Source: Sphagnum compactum (Eukaryota). From it: a stretch of 64,000 nucleotides of DNA. The position numbers were made by a program, and so were the translations under genes. This document shows positions 49,409-63,043 of this stretch, in pieces. The stretch covers positions 29,998,213 to 30,062,212 of the forward strand of contig OZ234493.1 in assembly GCA_965153455.1 (NCBI GenBank), read 5' to 3'. Under the pieces are notes generated by a model. It was not told where the DNA came from. It searched no databases and worked only from the letters and a program-made list of their open reading frames with translations. The number at the start of each line of letters is the position of its first letter. Position 1 is the stretch's first letter.

Positions 49409-49534
49409 TTAAAACATCTCCAGATTCTACAGTAAGTTGCAATAGGTAGCCAGAAATATAGAAGGAAACTGAAATTTCCTTCTATATTTTTGGCTACCTA
49501 TTGCAACTTACTGTAAACTCTGGAGATTTTTTAA
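49409..49534. repeat. Imperfect ~60-bp-arm hairpin derived from a dispersed repeat
   Basis: TACAGTAAGTTGCAATAGGTAGCCAGAAATATAGAAGGAAA-CTGAAA-TTTCCTTCTATATTTTTGGCTACCTATTGCAACTTACTGTA. Confidence 0.9.
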
Positions 49535-49644
49535 CTTAAAAAATGAAACTTTTGGTGACTAAAATACCCTGAAAACAGTCTCTTTATTATTTTGTGAAAA
49601 AGAAAACCACCATTTGGTGAGCTACGGTATTTTATAATTATCCC

Positions 49645-49830
49645 GATTTTGTGATATAGCCAAACTAGTGATCATGCACAAGAAGATTTAGCCAAATTTG
49701 GCTACAAACCGGATATGAAAGTAAAAATATTTAAGAATCCTTTTCTATTTTGGCTACTTGCTGGAACCAGTTGTAGAGATCTGGGGTTCTTTTTTTAAAA
49801 TAAAAATTTCGAAATCTGGCGAAGATGGAC
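49645..49830 (+). repeat. Copy of an abundant dispersed repeat family (GATTTAGCCAAATTTGGCTAC core)
   Basis: Homologous copies at ~455-620, 12065-12180, 12900-13010, 45680-45935 and 50305-50430. Inverted copies at ~32045-32100 and 43890-43995. Confidence 0.85.
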
Positions 49831-52800
49831 CAATTTTTTTTGCACAAAATTCCTTTTAAATGTGTTGAAATTATTTTTTCCGGATTAAAAAAAAGGGAAA
49901 ATTTGGGGAAAACAAAACACTGCCCCAAGTGAAAAAAATCAAAACAAAACAAAACTTTTACCGCTGAAGCGCTTTCGTCGCGCGACGCTCGTCCCGAAGG
50001 ACGTCGTCGTCGGCGACGTCGGGAGCACGGAGTCGGAAGAAAGCACCTGCCTGCTATGTCGCGCACGACGCTCCTCGCTGCCGATGGACGTCGTGTCGTC
50101 GTCGTCGGTGGGGAGTCGACTACGATCGAGTTGCCCGTTTCAAACGCCATTTCAAAGTCCTGTCCAGTGTCAAGTCGACAGTCGTCGCCATTTAATGTTT
50201 TGTTGACTGGTTGCTATCGTCGGTAAAAAATAAAAATAAAAAAATAATTCCCTCCCTGTTTTTAACAGACAGACGAGAGGGAACAGACAGAGGTGGGAAT
50301 CCCAGTAGCCAAAGTGGCGATCATCCCTAGGAAAATATAACCAAAGTATGGCTATAAACTAGAAATAAATGAAAAGTCTTTAATCATCCTTCTATACTAT
50401 TGGCTACACATAGGATAGGAAGGAGATCCAAGTATATGGCTATTTAAATGTGTTTTTTTTCTTTTCCTTCCTCTATCACTTCTGGCGACTGAAAACCTAC
50501 AAAAATCACCTTTTTTCCCTAACTTTTTAATTTCTTTTATTTTAATTTCTTTTTTAGGCGAAATTTCGCCAGGGAAAAAAACCAATTGGCTAAGACGATA
50601 ATATTATTTCTTTTTCTCAGGTAGCCCGGCGCCGGGTCTCGCGGTAATGGGTGGCGGTGCAACAGGGAATTTGGTCCTATAGGGGGAGAGAGAGAGGGAG
50701 AGCCTAAGCGCTTTCAGCGTTCAGTATAATAGCAGCAGCTACAGTCTTTGGCGGCACGCTTGTGTCAAGATGCTGATCAACAGTAAGTACTAGCTAGCTA
50801 CTGGTTTGCAGCTGTTGTTGTTGTTGCTCATGCACAGCGGATCCAACTGCTGGTGCTGCTGGAGTTTAACGTCTGCAATTAACAAAGGCAGTGATCAGAG
50901 ATCCATATATATGCAAAGAAGAAGAAGAAGAAGAAGATCCAACAGAGATTCATATGAAAAAATCCACTAGTATAAGTTAAGGATTTACAACTGCAGTATA
51001 GTAGTAGCAGCAGCAGCAGCCTCAAGCGGCCGCTGCTGCAGGGCTCGAAGCTAGCTAGACAGCATTCATTTTAGTCAAACCTGACGTGGGTCATGGACTC
51101 GACGTCATGACGCGGCTGGCTGGCTGGCTAGCTGCTGCAATATAAGATGTCGATCTGCACTGCTGAAGCTAGCTGCATGCAGTGGGGTGATTTATTATTA
51201 TGATTTACGCTGATGCAGCAGCAGCAGATATGTGCAGGACCCATGAAGCTGCTGCCGCTAGCCGCTAGCTAGTGCAATCAACAAAGATCTAACCGGCCTT
51301 AGACCACCACCACCACCACGACTGACTTATCAGAAGTTTGGAAGTTTTGTAATTTGGAGGAGCTATTGCTTCTGGGATGATGCTGCAGGGGATTCATTCA
51401 TTCATCACTAGCAGCTTAGTGCAAACCCGGCGAGTTTTTGTTGTTGTTGCAGTCAGGAGGACCGTAGTCCGTACTTCTGCTCGTGGCTGCTGGTTAGCCG
51501 GTTGCTCTAGAGAAATTTTTCCACAGAGAGAGACTACACTGCTGCTGCCAAAGACACAGCCCGCATGCAGCCAGCAGCAGATGAGACAAACGGATTACGT
51601 CAGGAACTGAGACACTTGTTCAGACTGCAGCTCCTTTTGTTTTGTTTTGTTTCTCTTCTTTCACAAGAAAAAGACATCTATCTACGTTCCCGCGTCTCAC
51701 GGAGTCTCTTCGTCGTTCTTGCATCGACCACAGTAATAATATCGAACTTCCGATGGAAAACAGTACCCTCCACAGCTCGAGTGAGTTCTAACGTAGAGAC
51801 AGACAAACAGTAGATAGCACAGCTGCAGACACAGACGTCCCTGGCAGCACCTGCAAAAAGGGTAGTTGCAATAGCAACTTCTAATGACCTGCGTAAAGAT
51901 GACGGAAATGGACGCAAACCTCATGATGAGTCCCGTCAAAATGGCAATCTGTATCGTCGAGAAGAGTTGCTGCTGCTGCCGCCCGCGATCTCTTCTAGTG
52001 TCGCTCACTAGCTCTGCTCTACTTGTGTCGATCACTAGTGCTGGATATTGTTTCGGGAAACCTAGTGCTAGCGCTCAAGATTCCCATTAGGAGTTCCAGA
52101 AGAGTCATGTGCGTACCTCGCTAGTGCTCCTTCTTATTCTGTCATTTTCTATTAGTGGGTCCGTGCGTGTCTTTTGTGCTGATCTAGTACGTTCTGTCTT
52201 CGTCCATGGGGGACCACGCATCTTGGAAGTTGTCTTCATCCGGGATCGGAGGAGCAGCTCCTGCCGCTGCTGCCGAGGAGATAAAGTTAAAAGTTTGACT
52301 GGGATCAGGATCGACAGTGGCGGCTGGAAATCAGCAAGCTCTCAGGCTCCAGTAGCAGCAATAAGATGCATGATCTGCAGACCTCCAATGAGGCCCTAGC
52401 TACAGCTTCGTCAAGGTGACAATAGCTGCAGCTACTAGCTGTTGCTGTGCTTTTTCAGAAAAGTCGAGCAGCTCCTGGCTACAAATGCGCGCAGAAGAGT
52501 TTATGAACATGTGGACAAAAAAGATTGACCCCTGCAGCAAGCAGGCAACCACGCACGTCAACAAATCCGTAAGAAGTGTCGCGTACATGCAGTAATCTGC
52601 AGAAACAGCTCGAATTCCCGCACTGAAGTCGTGAATTCCTGCACGCTCATACATCTAGTACAGTTGCTTCAACAGCAGCGGCTTCAGCTTCTTCTGTGAC
52701 GAAACAGAAGTCGTCTTCTCCGCCAGCATGTTACCAGCTCCTGCAGTACTCAAAGCATGATCACCTGATGATTCTAGGTTGCGCTGCATCGACTTACGGC

Positions 52801-52975
52801 TCTAACGCTTTATATATTCGAGAGAGAGAGTTTACACAAGGCATTTCCCATTGACGATTTGTGAAACAAAACTTCAACCGACTCGCGACGGAGAGAATTT
52901 TTCTTGTGGCGCCTGCTGGCCGGCCGCGGGCGACTTCAGATTTGAAAACTCCAGGTTAACTAGCTAGGAGGAGGA

Positions 52976-55751
52976 ATGATGCACCAGGACATAGCTGCTT
53001 ACAGCAGCAGCAGAGACTGCAGCACGTCGTCGAGCGCCGCCTGCATGATCAAGCTTCTGTCTGATCATGAATCTGATGGAACTGGTGCTCCTGCTGATGA
53101 TGATCACATTGCTGATCGACCCGTGTTCTTTGAACAGCTTCCTGCCAGCGCGGCAGCACCTGTACTCGCCGGAAGTCCACCTAATGAGCTTGTGTCGACT
53201 CCGGCTAGTCCTCCTCCGACTAGCACCAATGGTACCATCAACAAGAAGCGCAAGCGACGACTTGCAGGAACTCCTGGTACGTATACCTACTTCTTCTTCT
53301 GACTAGAGATAGATCATGACTAGCTAGTGAAAGAGCTCGCTCGACAACAGCATCAGATCAGTTGAAAGATTGTAGAGCTTTGATCGTACTCATGTGTGCA
53401 CTGCTGCATTTGATCTTTCCTGGGTAGCGTAAACGCAGATGCGGACGCGGAGGTCATTGCACTCACTCCCAAGAAGTTGTTGGAGTCGGATCGATACGTG
53501 TGCGAGATCTGTAGCAAGGGCTTCCAGCGTGACCAAAACCTCCAGATGCACAAACGCCGACACAAGGTTAGTCGATCACCAGTCCTCCTGGAACTCACTC
53601 TCGATCGAGTGCCGATTGTTTTCTTCTCTCTATGGTTCTATGTCGAGACTCGACACGGGTCCTTGCAATCCGGCAAGGTTCGTGCTCATGGGTTTTGAGC
53701 AAGATGGATATGCAGCAGCAGCATGTCGTGCTGCAGGTTGAATCCTTGAATGCATTGCTGCTGGCTCGATCTTAGAAGAAGTGGATCACGAACTTGCTGG
53801 CGCGTGATTGCTACAGGTACCGTGGACGCTGCTGAAGAGGGGTAGTACGACAGCAGCTGCTGCTAATTCGACTAGCGAAGTGCAGCAGCAGCGCAAGCGC
53901 GTATACGTATGTCCTGAGGAGTCTTGTCTGCATCACAACGCCTGCCATGCGCTGGGCGACCTTGTGGGCATCCGAAAACACTACCGCAGAAAGCACAGTA
54001 CTGAAAAGCAATGGCAATGCAGCAAGTGCTCCAAAGAGTACGCTGTGCAATCCGACTACAAAGCTCACCAGAAGACCTGCGGCACCCGCGGCCATTCATG
54101 CGACTGCGGTCGCGTTTTCTCCAGGTAAGCTAGCTGCTGCAAGCCTTGGGTAATGTTTGTAGGTAGCAGGATCAATCTGCCCCCTGTGTCCTATTCCAAT
54201 GAAATGTGTGAGAGCTCCCCCAAAAAAAAACGCATCATCTTGAAGGAGATCATAAGATCCTCCATCACTATGTCTCTGAAATCAAGCAAGCAAGCTGGCT
54301 GCAATGTTCTCTGCAATTGCTGCAGGGTAGAGGGATTCATCGAGCACCACGATAAGTGCATGGCGCTCCTGGGCAAGGAGAAGGCAGCTGCTGCTGCCAT
54401 CGCAAACAGCAGCGACATGAGTCGAACACCAGAATCATGTACTGATCATCACGGCCATATGAGCGCGGATATTCAGCAGCAGCAGTTGATGTCGGGATGG
54501 AATCTGATGAGACCAGCTCTTGAATATGCGGAAGCTCCTAGAGACTTTCAAGGCTCGGTTGAAGAAAAGTACGCAGCGGCGGCATGGTCTGCTGCAGCTC
54601 CAAGTCGTAAGTGCCTTGCGGGGATCGAAGAATTCAATCCAGCTAGGTCGACGACCGCGTCCTGCTCGATTGCCGCCACTTCCTGCGCTGAAAATCGTCG
54701 AGGAGCTGGGGGGCTTTTCCAGGAGATGCAGGCGGGTCCATTTCTTGGTGCTGCAAATTCGCACTGGTCGCGGATGTGGTTCGACCCTGCAAAGTTCCAC
54801 GATTTGCAACCGGGATCCGTGAACTCGTCGACTACAAACCAAAACTGTGGTACTCGTGCCGCAGCGGCTCCTTCTAATCATCAACCTGCAGCAGCCGGTC
54901 CATACGCGACGATCACTGATCAGCTGTTTCCGACCGATCACGATGCATCTTTACGTCTCTCGATCGGTCCTTCCCACCCGCTTGTTGAAGTCTTAACGCC
55001 TGCCAAGCTTTCTCGGGAACAACAGAAGCGTGACCTGATTCTGATAGAAACTAAGCCGAAATTGGACATGTCCGCCTACCTCCAAAGGATACGAAGCAGA
55101 TCATGTGTCGATTCTGATGTCGAGAATTATCGGCTTCTACCTCCTGCTGCTGGCCGCGAGGTGGTACTGGACGTATCTGCTGCTGCTGCAGGTAGCAATG
55201 AATCGCGTGCTGCCACTGCTGCAGGTCGACGTGCAGATCATGATTATGAACTGAATATTTCAGCACGACGAGCTGCCCAAATTAGTACTGCTGATGGATA
55301 TTATTCTTCGCGTATCCAGCTTCTTCAGAAGCAAAGCGATTATAATTCTCCGCATGCAGATCTGCAGGTTCTGCAAGCTGCAGGAAGCTGCTGCAATTAC
55401 TCGAGTCGGCCTCCAGCCGCAGCAGCAATCACAGCTTTTCGATCTCTTGCCGGACCTGCTGGCGAATACGCAGCAGCTGCTGCAGATCAGTACGGATCGA
55501 CACATGAAACAGCAGTTTTAGGGTCGAGTACAAGGGAATGTTGGAATCCAAATCCAACTTATAACTGCAACACTAGTACGTCTACTAGTCTAATTAGCAG
55601 ATCCTCTACGACATCAAATATGATACTGGACTCGCGGGAAGTCAGTCGTGTTCCAGATCAGCACAATTCGACAATGGGAGCTGGTGCTAGCGGTCCAACC
55701 AAGACTGCAAGGTCGCTCATGCTGCAGCAGTACTGGATCAGCCCCAAGTAG
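52976..55751 (+). CDS. INDETERMINATE DOMAIN C2H2 zinc-finger transcription factor, SGR5/IDD14-16 clade, 4 exons, ~720 aa
   Basis: Exons 52976-53276, 53439-53566, 53817-54124, 54326-55751. KKRKRRLAGTP|DADAEVIALTPKKLLESDRYVCEICSKGFQRDQNLQMHKRRHK|VPW..VYVCPE..CLHH..HALGDLVGIRKHYRRKH..KQWQC.KCSK.YAVQSDYKAHQKTCGTRGHSCDCGRVFSR|VEGFIEHHDKC. LRLSIG motif. Confidence 0.93.
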
Positions 55752-58700
55752 TCCACTTTCTAATTAGGTGAATTTATAACAAACAGCTGCATGATCGATC
55801 CATCTGTGCACAGGCCGCTTTCCCTTGACAAACTATAGCTTGTACCGAGTGCCGCAGGATCGAGAGCAAGTTGTAAGTACCTGCTCTGCATCAGCTAATG
55901 ATCTGCAACGTCTGCAACAAAAATTCTTCCGATGTATATATCACCAAGCGCATGGCATCACTGCATTGGTTCTAATGCAGCTGGAAGCTTGGTCGAGCTG
56001 CAGCTGATGATCAGTCTCGACACATCTCTTCCAAGCATACAGCGCCCGATCAGTAGTGCTGGATCACACAATTAGAGCTGATCACCGCCTCAGCTTCATC
56101 AATCCTTGAGTCAGCTAGCTAGCTAGCTGCTTCTTAATGCACGCTACCAGCTGGTGATCGATGCAGTTGTGGAATTTGCACTGGAGATCATATGCATATA
56201 TTACATGATTATCAGTATCCTTATTGATGCTGCAGATGATCTATAAGTATGTGCATATTGATGCAGATCATGATCTAGTATGCATCATGTTGTTGCAGCA
56301 ACCAACTTCTAGACATTAAACTAGTGCGGTAGTACAGTCGAGCTGCAGGTTGATGAATTACAGTGGTCGAAGCTGAGAGCTTATGGAAGTGGTTCTTTGC
56401 ACAAACTGGATCAATCATATTGTGCATGCTGGCTGCAGCTTCTGCATGAGCCTCCTAGCTAGTGCTGCTGCAGCAGCAGCAAGCTTCTTCTAAAATATAT
56501 AATTAATTTGATCATGAGCAGCTGCTAGCTGCAGATCATATTCCCTGCATCATTTACATGGTACTAGATGGTATGAATTCATTCGGTATAAGCTGATGCA
56601 CTGCTTCTCATGATTGATGGATGCTGGGTGCTTCATGAATGCGTGGATCAATATTCAAAGCCCAAGAAACATCATTTCCATATTGCTGTAGCTGCTGTAA
56701 TTTCATGACTCCTTGCAGGTTGATTTTTCTTTCTTCTTCTTTTTCTTCTTCTTGTGATCATATAGATTTTAATTATCCAAGATGAATATCAGGCCCAGCT
56801 GAGGTGGTGATCAGGTCTGCTGTTAGGGCTGCATGCAAGTTGAATATGAACCATCATGAGCTCCTGCACTAACTCTTGCATCCAGCTGCTGCACCAGGTA
56901 ACCACAGGACAAAAGCTCGCATTGAAGCAGCCTAGCAGCTCATGGTCCAGCTGCAACGCCTGGCAAGATCAATGCTCTGCATTTATATATATAGCAATTA
57001 TTATTATTATTATTATTATAAGGTTTTTTTGTGGCATAGAGATCTGCATTAACATGATCTAATCTGTGTCTTCATTGCTGCAGGAAATTATAGGAAATAC
57101 GATTTGTTGATCTTTAATGAAGATGAAAAGCTTGCTAAATTCATTGATGATTGATGCAGCCCAGAGAATCATGGGCCTAGGATGCAAGCTTTGTTCACAT
57201 GAGCCTGCAGCTGCAGTCCAGTTCTTTCAGATCAGCAGCTTCTTCAACCTACAGGCTGGCTGACGGGCATATATCCTCCAGTTTACTAGTTAGTTTCCTC
57301 ACAGAATAATATAATTTCATGCACCTCCTCCTTTCAGGTGCCTCTCTGTCTGCATGATCCAGCCGATCTTGTACACAACTATAATTTCAGTTTAACAACT
57401 GATCTGATCCTCCTCTTTCCTCAACATTGCAAATCCAGCCTTGCTGCAAAGTGCATACGTTTATTTTTTCATTTCCATTTCTTTATATGCTTATTACATC
57501 AGGTTTTGAATTTACTTTCTTGTGTTTATGTAGAAAACTGGGTCATACTAGATTTTGAGCCAGGAAGTCTATATATTTTTTGGTCTACTTTATCATGCTT
57601 TCACCTTGAACTTTAAGAAAATATCTTCAAGAAAAAGTGATGTGGCGTACCTTTTGCCCCCAAGCAAATCTTTGCGTGTGTGTATATATCCTTGGATGTT
57701 TTTGTCGCTCCCAATGGACAATAGTTGGATCATGCCACTAAATTATTAGCAGATGGTTGACATAATTTTGGATTGTAGTCAACATTTTGAGGAGATTGAA
57801 AATTTGAAGACGAAGGTGCATAGGAAGTGTTCATGATCACTGCAATCACACACAAAGAAGTTTTTCAGACATGAGCCTGGAATTAGAGAGCTGACAAGCC
57901 AGCTGCCAGGGAGCTTATAAGAGCTCAGATGCAGTGCACCTGCATTATAATATGGCAGAGCGCAGACTGTGCACAGTTTAGAACTTTTTCTCTCTCTTGA
58001 TATTTCTTCATCATGGGTGGTAGGTTAAATTAGAATCAAGGTTTATCAAAAATGGAGCTACCTTTCAACTACATTAATTCAATGTGTTTCAATCATGTTT
58101 CGGAACTGTCATCATGAAATTGCCAAATCTAACAACTACATTGTTCTCCAACAGTTTGCAACTTACATTATCTTTTATTTATTTACAGCTCCAAAGTTCT
58201 TGAATTGAGGCTTCTTGACTCAAGTATGTTGAGGGAGCTGAGAATCCACCTATAATTGGTTATAATAATTGCAAAAAGTTGCAGGCATTTATATATCAAG
58301 AACCCTAGTAGTAGTGAACATTTGTTCTAGATGTTTTTTCTTAGTATAGTTCGTTAATCTGTTTCTGTTAAACTCTATGGTTGGTAGTTTGTAACTTTGT
58401 GGGGAAATTGGCTCAGGAACTTTGTGAGCGAATATTGACAAAATCCTTTTTGAACACATGGATATGAGCTGATCTTTGGGAGACCTGTGCCCATTTTAAA
58501 ACTGTGTGGTATCTACTTCAAGAGTGTTTTTCAGCAGCAAATGGGTCTGTACTTGTGGAAGAAAGTAGTGAATTCGAGATGGTGACCGAAATCATAATAA
58601 TGGGACAACCTTGTACAGAAAAACTCAAGTGATGTACATGAAAGAAAGAAAATTTGAAGTAGTTATTCGTGTCAAAATGGAAACCGCTTTAGTACATATG

Positions 58701-61700
58701 CTTTTGACATGTGCTATTGGGTGCAAGGAATATACCACGATATTTAAATACATACAAATTGGCAATACAGTGATACCTAATAACAACTACAATAATTTAG
58801 AAAACATGGCACTGGGTAAACTTTTATCAATGTAGTCATGCTAGATAGTCATGCTAGAGAATATTGCCAGGCTTCAATTTCCATCATTTGCAAAAATTTA
58901 GAGAACTTGGTTGAATTTTGCATGAACCGTATAGGGCAAACCAAACTTGTATGACAAGACTTTCATCGCAATAAGGCTGAAATCATTGTTCCAGTGTCAA
59001 AACTCTATCTCTTGTACTTCAGCAAAGTTTTATACATGCATAATCATAAAGACATGTAACACTATAATATTGCAACTACCTGGTGCATATATATGATTAA
59101 TTTTCAGATGTGCATATGGCGTCTACCCAACTAGAACAAACCCATTGTATAAGGGAAACTTGGTGCTCAAGTCCAATATTCTTATGAGTTACATTGTATC
59201 ATGATCCCTTTGGGTTGAATGGTAGGATGGATTAATTTTGGTGTCATTGAGGTAGTTTTCCTTTTCTTTTCTTTTTGTTGTTTGTTGGTGTGTGTGTGTG
59301 TGTGTACTGGGTGTGATTGCAATTGCTATATATAATATTATATATCTTAAGATTTGTTAATATGGACTCACTTTCAAATTACTGACTTTAATATCTACAT
59401 GGGCTAATTTGTTGTTAAAAAAATTTATGAAATCCCAAGAGTTAGAGACTTTTGAAGTTGAACCATAAAGAATGTAACACTTGCAACAATCAAGCTAATG
59501 GATTTTGATTTGATGGAATGATAGATCTTGTATTTGTTCATGGACAGTTTTAGGGTGAAAATGGGTGAATGCATATTATGGTGACCTCTTTTGGGGTGTG
59601 TCATATTATACTATTTTTCAGGGACGTGCATGTTTGATTCTCACAATATTTTTATATATTATGTTAGAATATAATTTAGACAGGTATTAAGGAAAAAATA
59701 TAGATAATATACATTGGTATAATAAGGTCGTTGTCTATATTGAAAGATGTATATTATAAATATATCTTTCACTATAGATAACATGAAATTTATTATTATT
59801 ACTTAAATGATAATACATAACATTAATTTTATAAAGATAATAATTTAAAAACCCAAAAACCAAAATTGATACCCAAAATCAAATGTATCATAATTTTGAA
59901 ACAATTATATTATATGTATTATAATACTAAACCCAAAAATGGCCCAAAAGGGGTCATCATAATGTGCTTTCACCCAAATATATCAATGAAAATAATGTAG
60001 AACAAAATTTCATTGAAAGAAATTGCTATGAACTTTTGAATATGAAAAACAACACCATATTTTCAAAAGTTCTTAGCATATGAAAATTAAATTGTTTTGT
60101 GTCAAAATTTTGCACACATATTTTAACACTGCCCTTTACATATCCAGATCACAAATTAAAAGATTTTAAACTTTGGTTCTATCAATATGCTTTGTGTCAC
60201 AATGTGACACAATGTAAACAAAATGGACTTTTGCCCCCAAATTATATGATCCATAAAATAAACATTTAAAAATTCTGCATCAAACTTTACATTATGATCA
60301 AATGTACTTTGCTTTGAACCATATTTTCTCAATAAAAATTGTAAATTACTTTAATCATTAAGGACATTTGAAATCAAAATTCAATAAAATGCATGTAAAA
60401 ACAAATTTGAATGATTGAACACTATGACCCTTCTTGCATGAAGTTTATTAAAACTCATAACAAGTTTCAAAACATTTGGTGCACATTTGATAAGGAAACA
60501 TGACTTTTAAAATTAAAAAACACTTTTTCATATCTTTGGTTTGACTATTTTAAGTAGACAAAAAAAAACATTAGAAAATCCATCTTCTTCCCCTCAAGAT
60601 TTCCCTTAAGTCTTGAAGGAAGTCATTGATTTGAACCCAATTTATTTTATACTTGTCACCATGATTCTTAACAACTACATCACACTTCTTTTTTTGAAAA
60701 AATTGGGATATCATTGATAATTAAAAAATTCCATTCATGATTCAAGTACAATAAATATTTATTGATGAAATACTTTCCAATGGGGCACATAGACCCTATA
60801 AGAACATTGAGACTATTAGGTTATTAAGTATAGAATGGGTTTTTTTTTTTTTTTTTTGGGTAAGATTGGTTTGTGATTGGAATCTAATTTAGTGTGCACA
60901 ACGTTTCAACTATTTTGTGTGGGTGCCCACAAGCCTATTTGGTGTGTGTCCCATTGTACTTCTCACATGGATCCACACAAGGGGCACAAATGTAAAAGCA
61001 AATCCACCCCTTTGTGAGCTAAGGAGATAGGGAAAAAGTTTGAAAAGAATGCACCCATTTTGTAGCAAGGATCATTGCCTGAAGGAGAGAACCAACAAAT
61101 ATAGATAACCAGATTGCTTATGGAAATGATACTGTCTACTTGGGAAGAACGGTGTCATGTGTTGTTACTAAATCAGCACCCACACTATCAAAACTATCAA
61201 AATCAGACACAAATTGTCCTCCAGTTGCAAAATGAGTTGATTTTGTAACACCAAAAGATCAGGCTCTAGAGAAGGCCCCTTGGGGGATAAAAACCCCTGA
61301 AACAGAAGAAGTGATGTTCTGCAATAAATACCTGGCAATACATGTAAGCAATATCCAGAGATTCATGTAGGTTTTAATGATTCTCACTGAATACCTACAA
61401 TTCCTATGGCAGTTCTCAGCACTGCAAACAGCAAACTACAAGAAACTCTCTTGAAATAGCAGATTTTCCTGACTGAAAATCCTCTTGTTGAGGGAGATAG
61501 TCTGAGATAACTCACAAGGCTGCTTGGGAGAAGACAGACTGAGAAATAGAGAGAGAGAGATAGAGAGAGAAAAGACTTTCTTCAGCTTGTGAAAATCAGG
61601 GCTGAAGGAAATAATATGCTATTGAGAGAATTGGCCCCACTTTATTTACACCTCTCTGCCTTGGTAAAGTTCAAATACATGTACAAAGATGTCAAATCCA

Positions 61701-61988
61701 TGTGAGCTTTGTCCAGAAAGAGAACTTACATCACCAGCTGTACAGGAGTGGTGACGAATTTATTAGAATTGGATTAATTGCAACGGAAAAACCTTTGGAG
61801 GTGGGTTGCTGGGATTACAGCTGTCCAAGGTAGCACCACATCAGAAACTCACAACCTCAAAAATGATAGTATCCAGCCATCATAAATGGCTGCAAGGCCT
61901 GGTGAAGCAATGTGGGAGGACACACCTCAAAAGCCTCTACTTCCTCCATAGTATAATTGAAAAGTGAAGACTTTTCAGCATATCAACG

Positions 61989-63043
61989 CTAGCTTCCGTA
62001 CTGCAGGCTTTTGCTTGCAGGTGTCAGGTTGTGGGATAGTGAGTTCTCTCTTCTCTTTGTAAGAGGTTGACTAGGTGGTGCTGCTCGCTCCTGGCCAACA
62101 GGCATCACCACTTTCCTGGGTTGCCCTGCTGCATTGAGTAACCTCTGAACAATCACACCTCCACCTGCAGGCACCTTGGATACAGCACCTGTGGCATTGC
62201 GCAAGATGCCTGGATTATGAACTGATGTGATGCGATATGAAGATAGGCGCCTGATACTGTTGTTCAATGGAAGCCTGCTGTTGTAGGGAGAAGAGTGGAA
62301 AATGCTCTTGGTAGAGAGGTAGGAGGAAGAAGGTTGACAAGCGGAGTTGATGGATAGGCCCCCAAGTGAAGTTTCAATATTCACTGCTTTTCCGGACCTT
62401 TGTCCCCCCAACTGTGAGAAACGATCCTGTGCAGGGGTAGGCACAAAGAAAAGCCTTGATTCTCCCGCTCTGATGCTCCCAGGTCCTTCATCCTGGCAAG
62501 CAATCCCAAAACACGTTTCACATAAGCAAACTGTGAACAGGCTAACGTAGTACAAAGACTAACTTGCAAATCTGGGGATCCAACCTGACAATGTTGCTGC
62601 TGAAGATCAAAGTGATCGTAACATATGGTGCTTAGCCAACTTTGTATCCAAATGTCATATGTGCTGAGAGGTTATGTTGTTCTGTATGCGGGCTGAATGA
62701 ATGGTCTTGGATTCAAAGGAAAAGCTTTCAGACCCTCTTGCAAAACTGCCCAGTTTTTTCTCTGAAGGATAGGAAACCTCCAAAAATGGCACCAACTACA
62801 AGGAACATGCACCACCAAACAACTGGAACAATTAAATACTAATCATCTCATGTAAGAGCAAGGATGTAGCACCTCAGATGTTTCATCCCTCAAAGCTGAT
62901 ATCTTCAACTGTTGTGGAGGTGACCTTGGAGTGGTGTGGTCTTGGAGCCTAGCTACTCCACCCTTCCAATTCTGACCAAAACCACTGGTCCCATGGATTT
63001 CCTGCCACTTGTAAACAGGGTAGTGAGACCAGGGCTCCATCAT
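61989..63043 (-). CDS. Putative spliced gene of unknown function (low-complexity, S/P/G-rich); structure uncertain and may extend upstream
   Basis: ORF 63043-~62873 (MMEPWSHYP...DETSE|gt) can splice in phase 0 to ag|DEGPGSIRAG...SLQYGS* (~62493-61989). A further exon-like ORF ~63714-63467 ends at a GTGAGT donor. Genic base composition, no recognisable domain. Confidence 0.4.

Noticed and set aside
53811-55521. Antisense and alternative-frame ORFs over the IDD gene
   Set aside because: Shadow ORFs of a GC/CAG-rich coding region with no independent motifs.
55760-57400. Conserved plant miRNA precursor in CAG/CTAG-rich DNA downstream of IDD
   Set aside because: By eye I found no match to conserved families (miR156/160/166/171/319/390/408/529/535) and no long stem.
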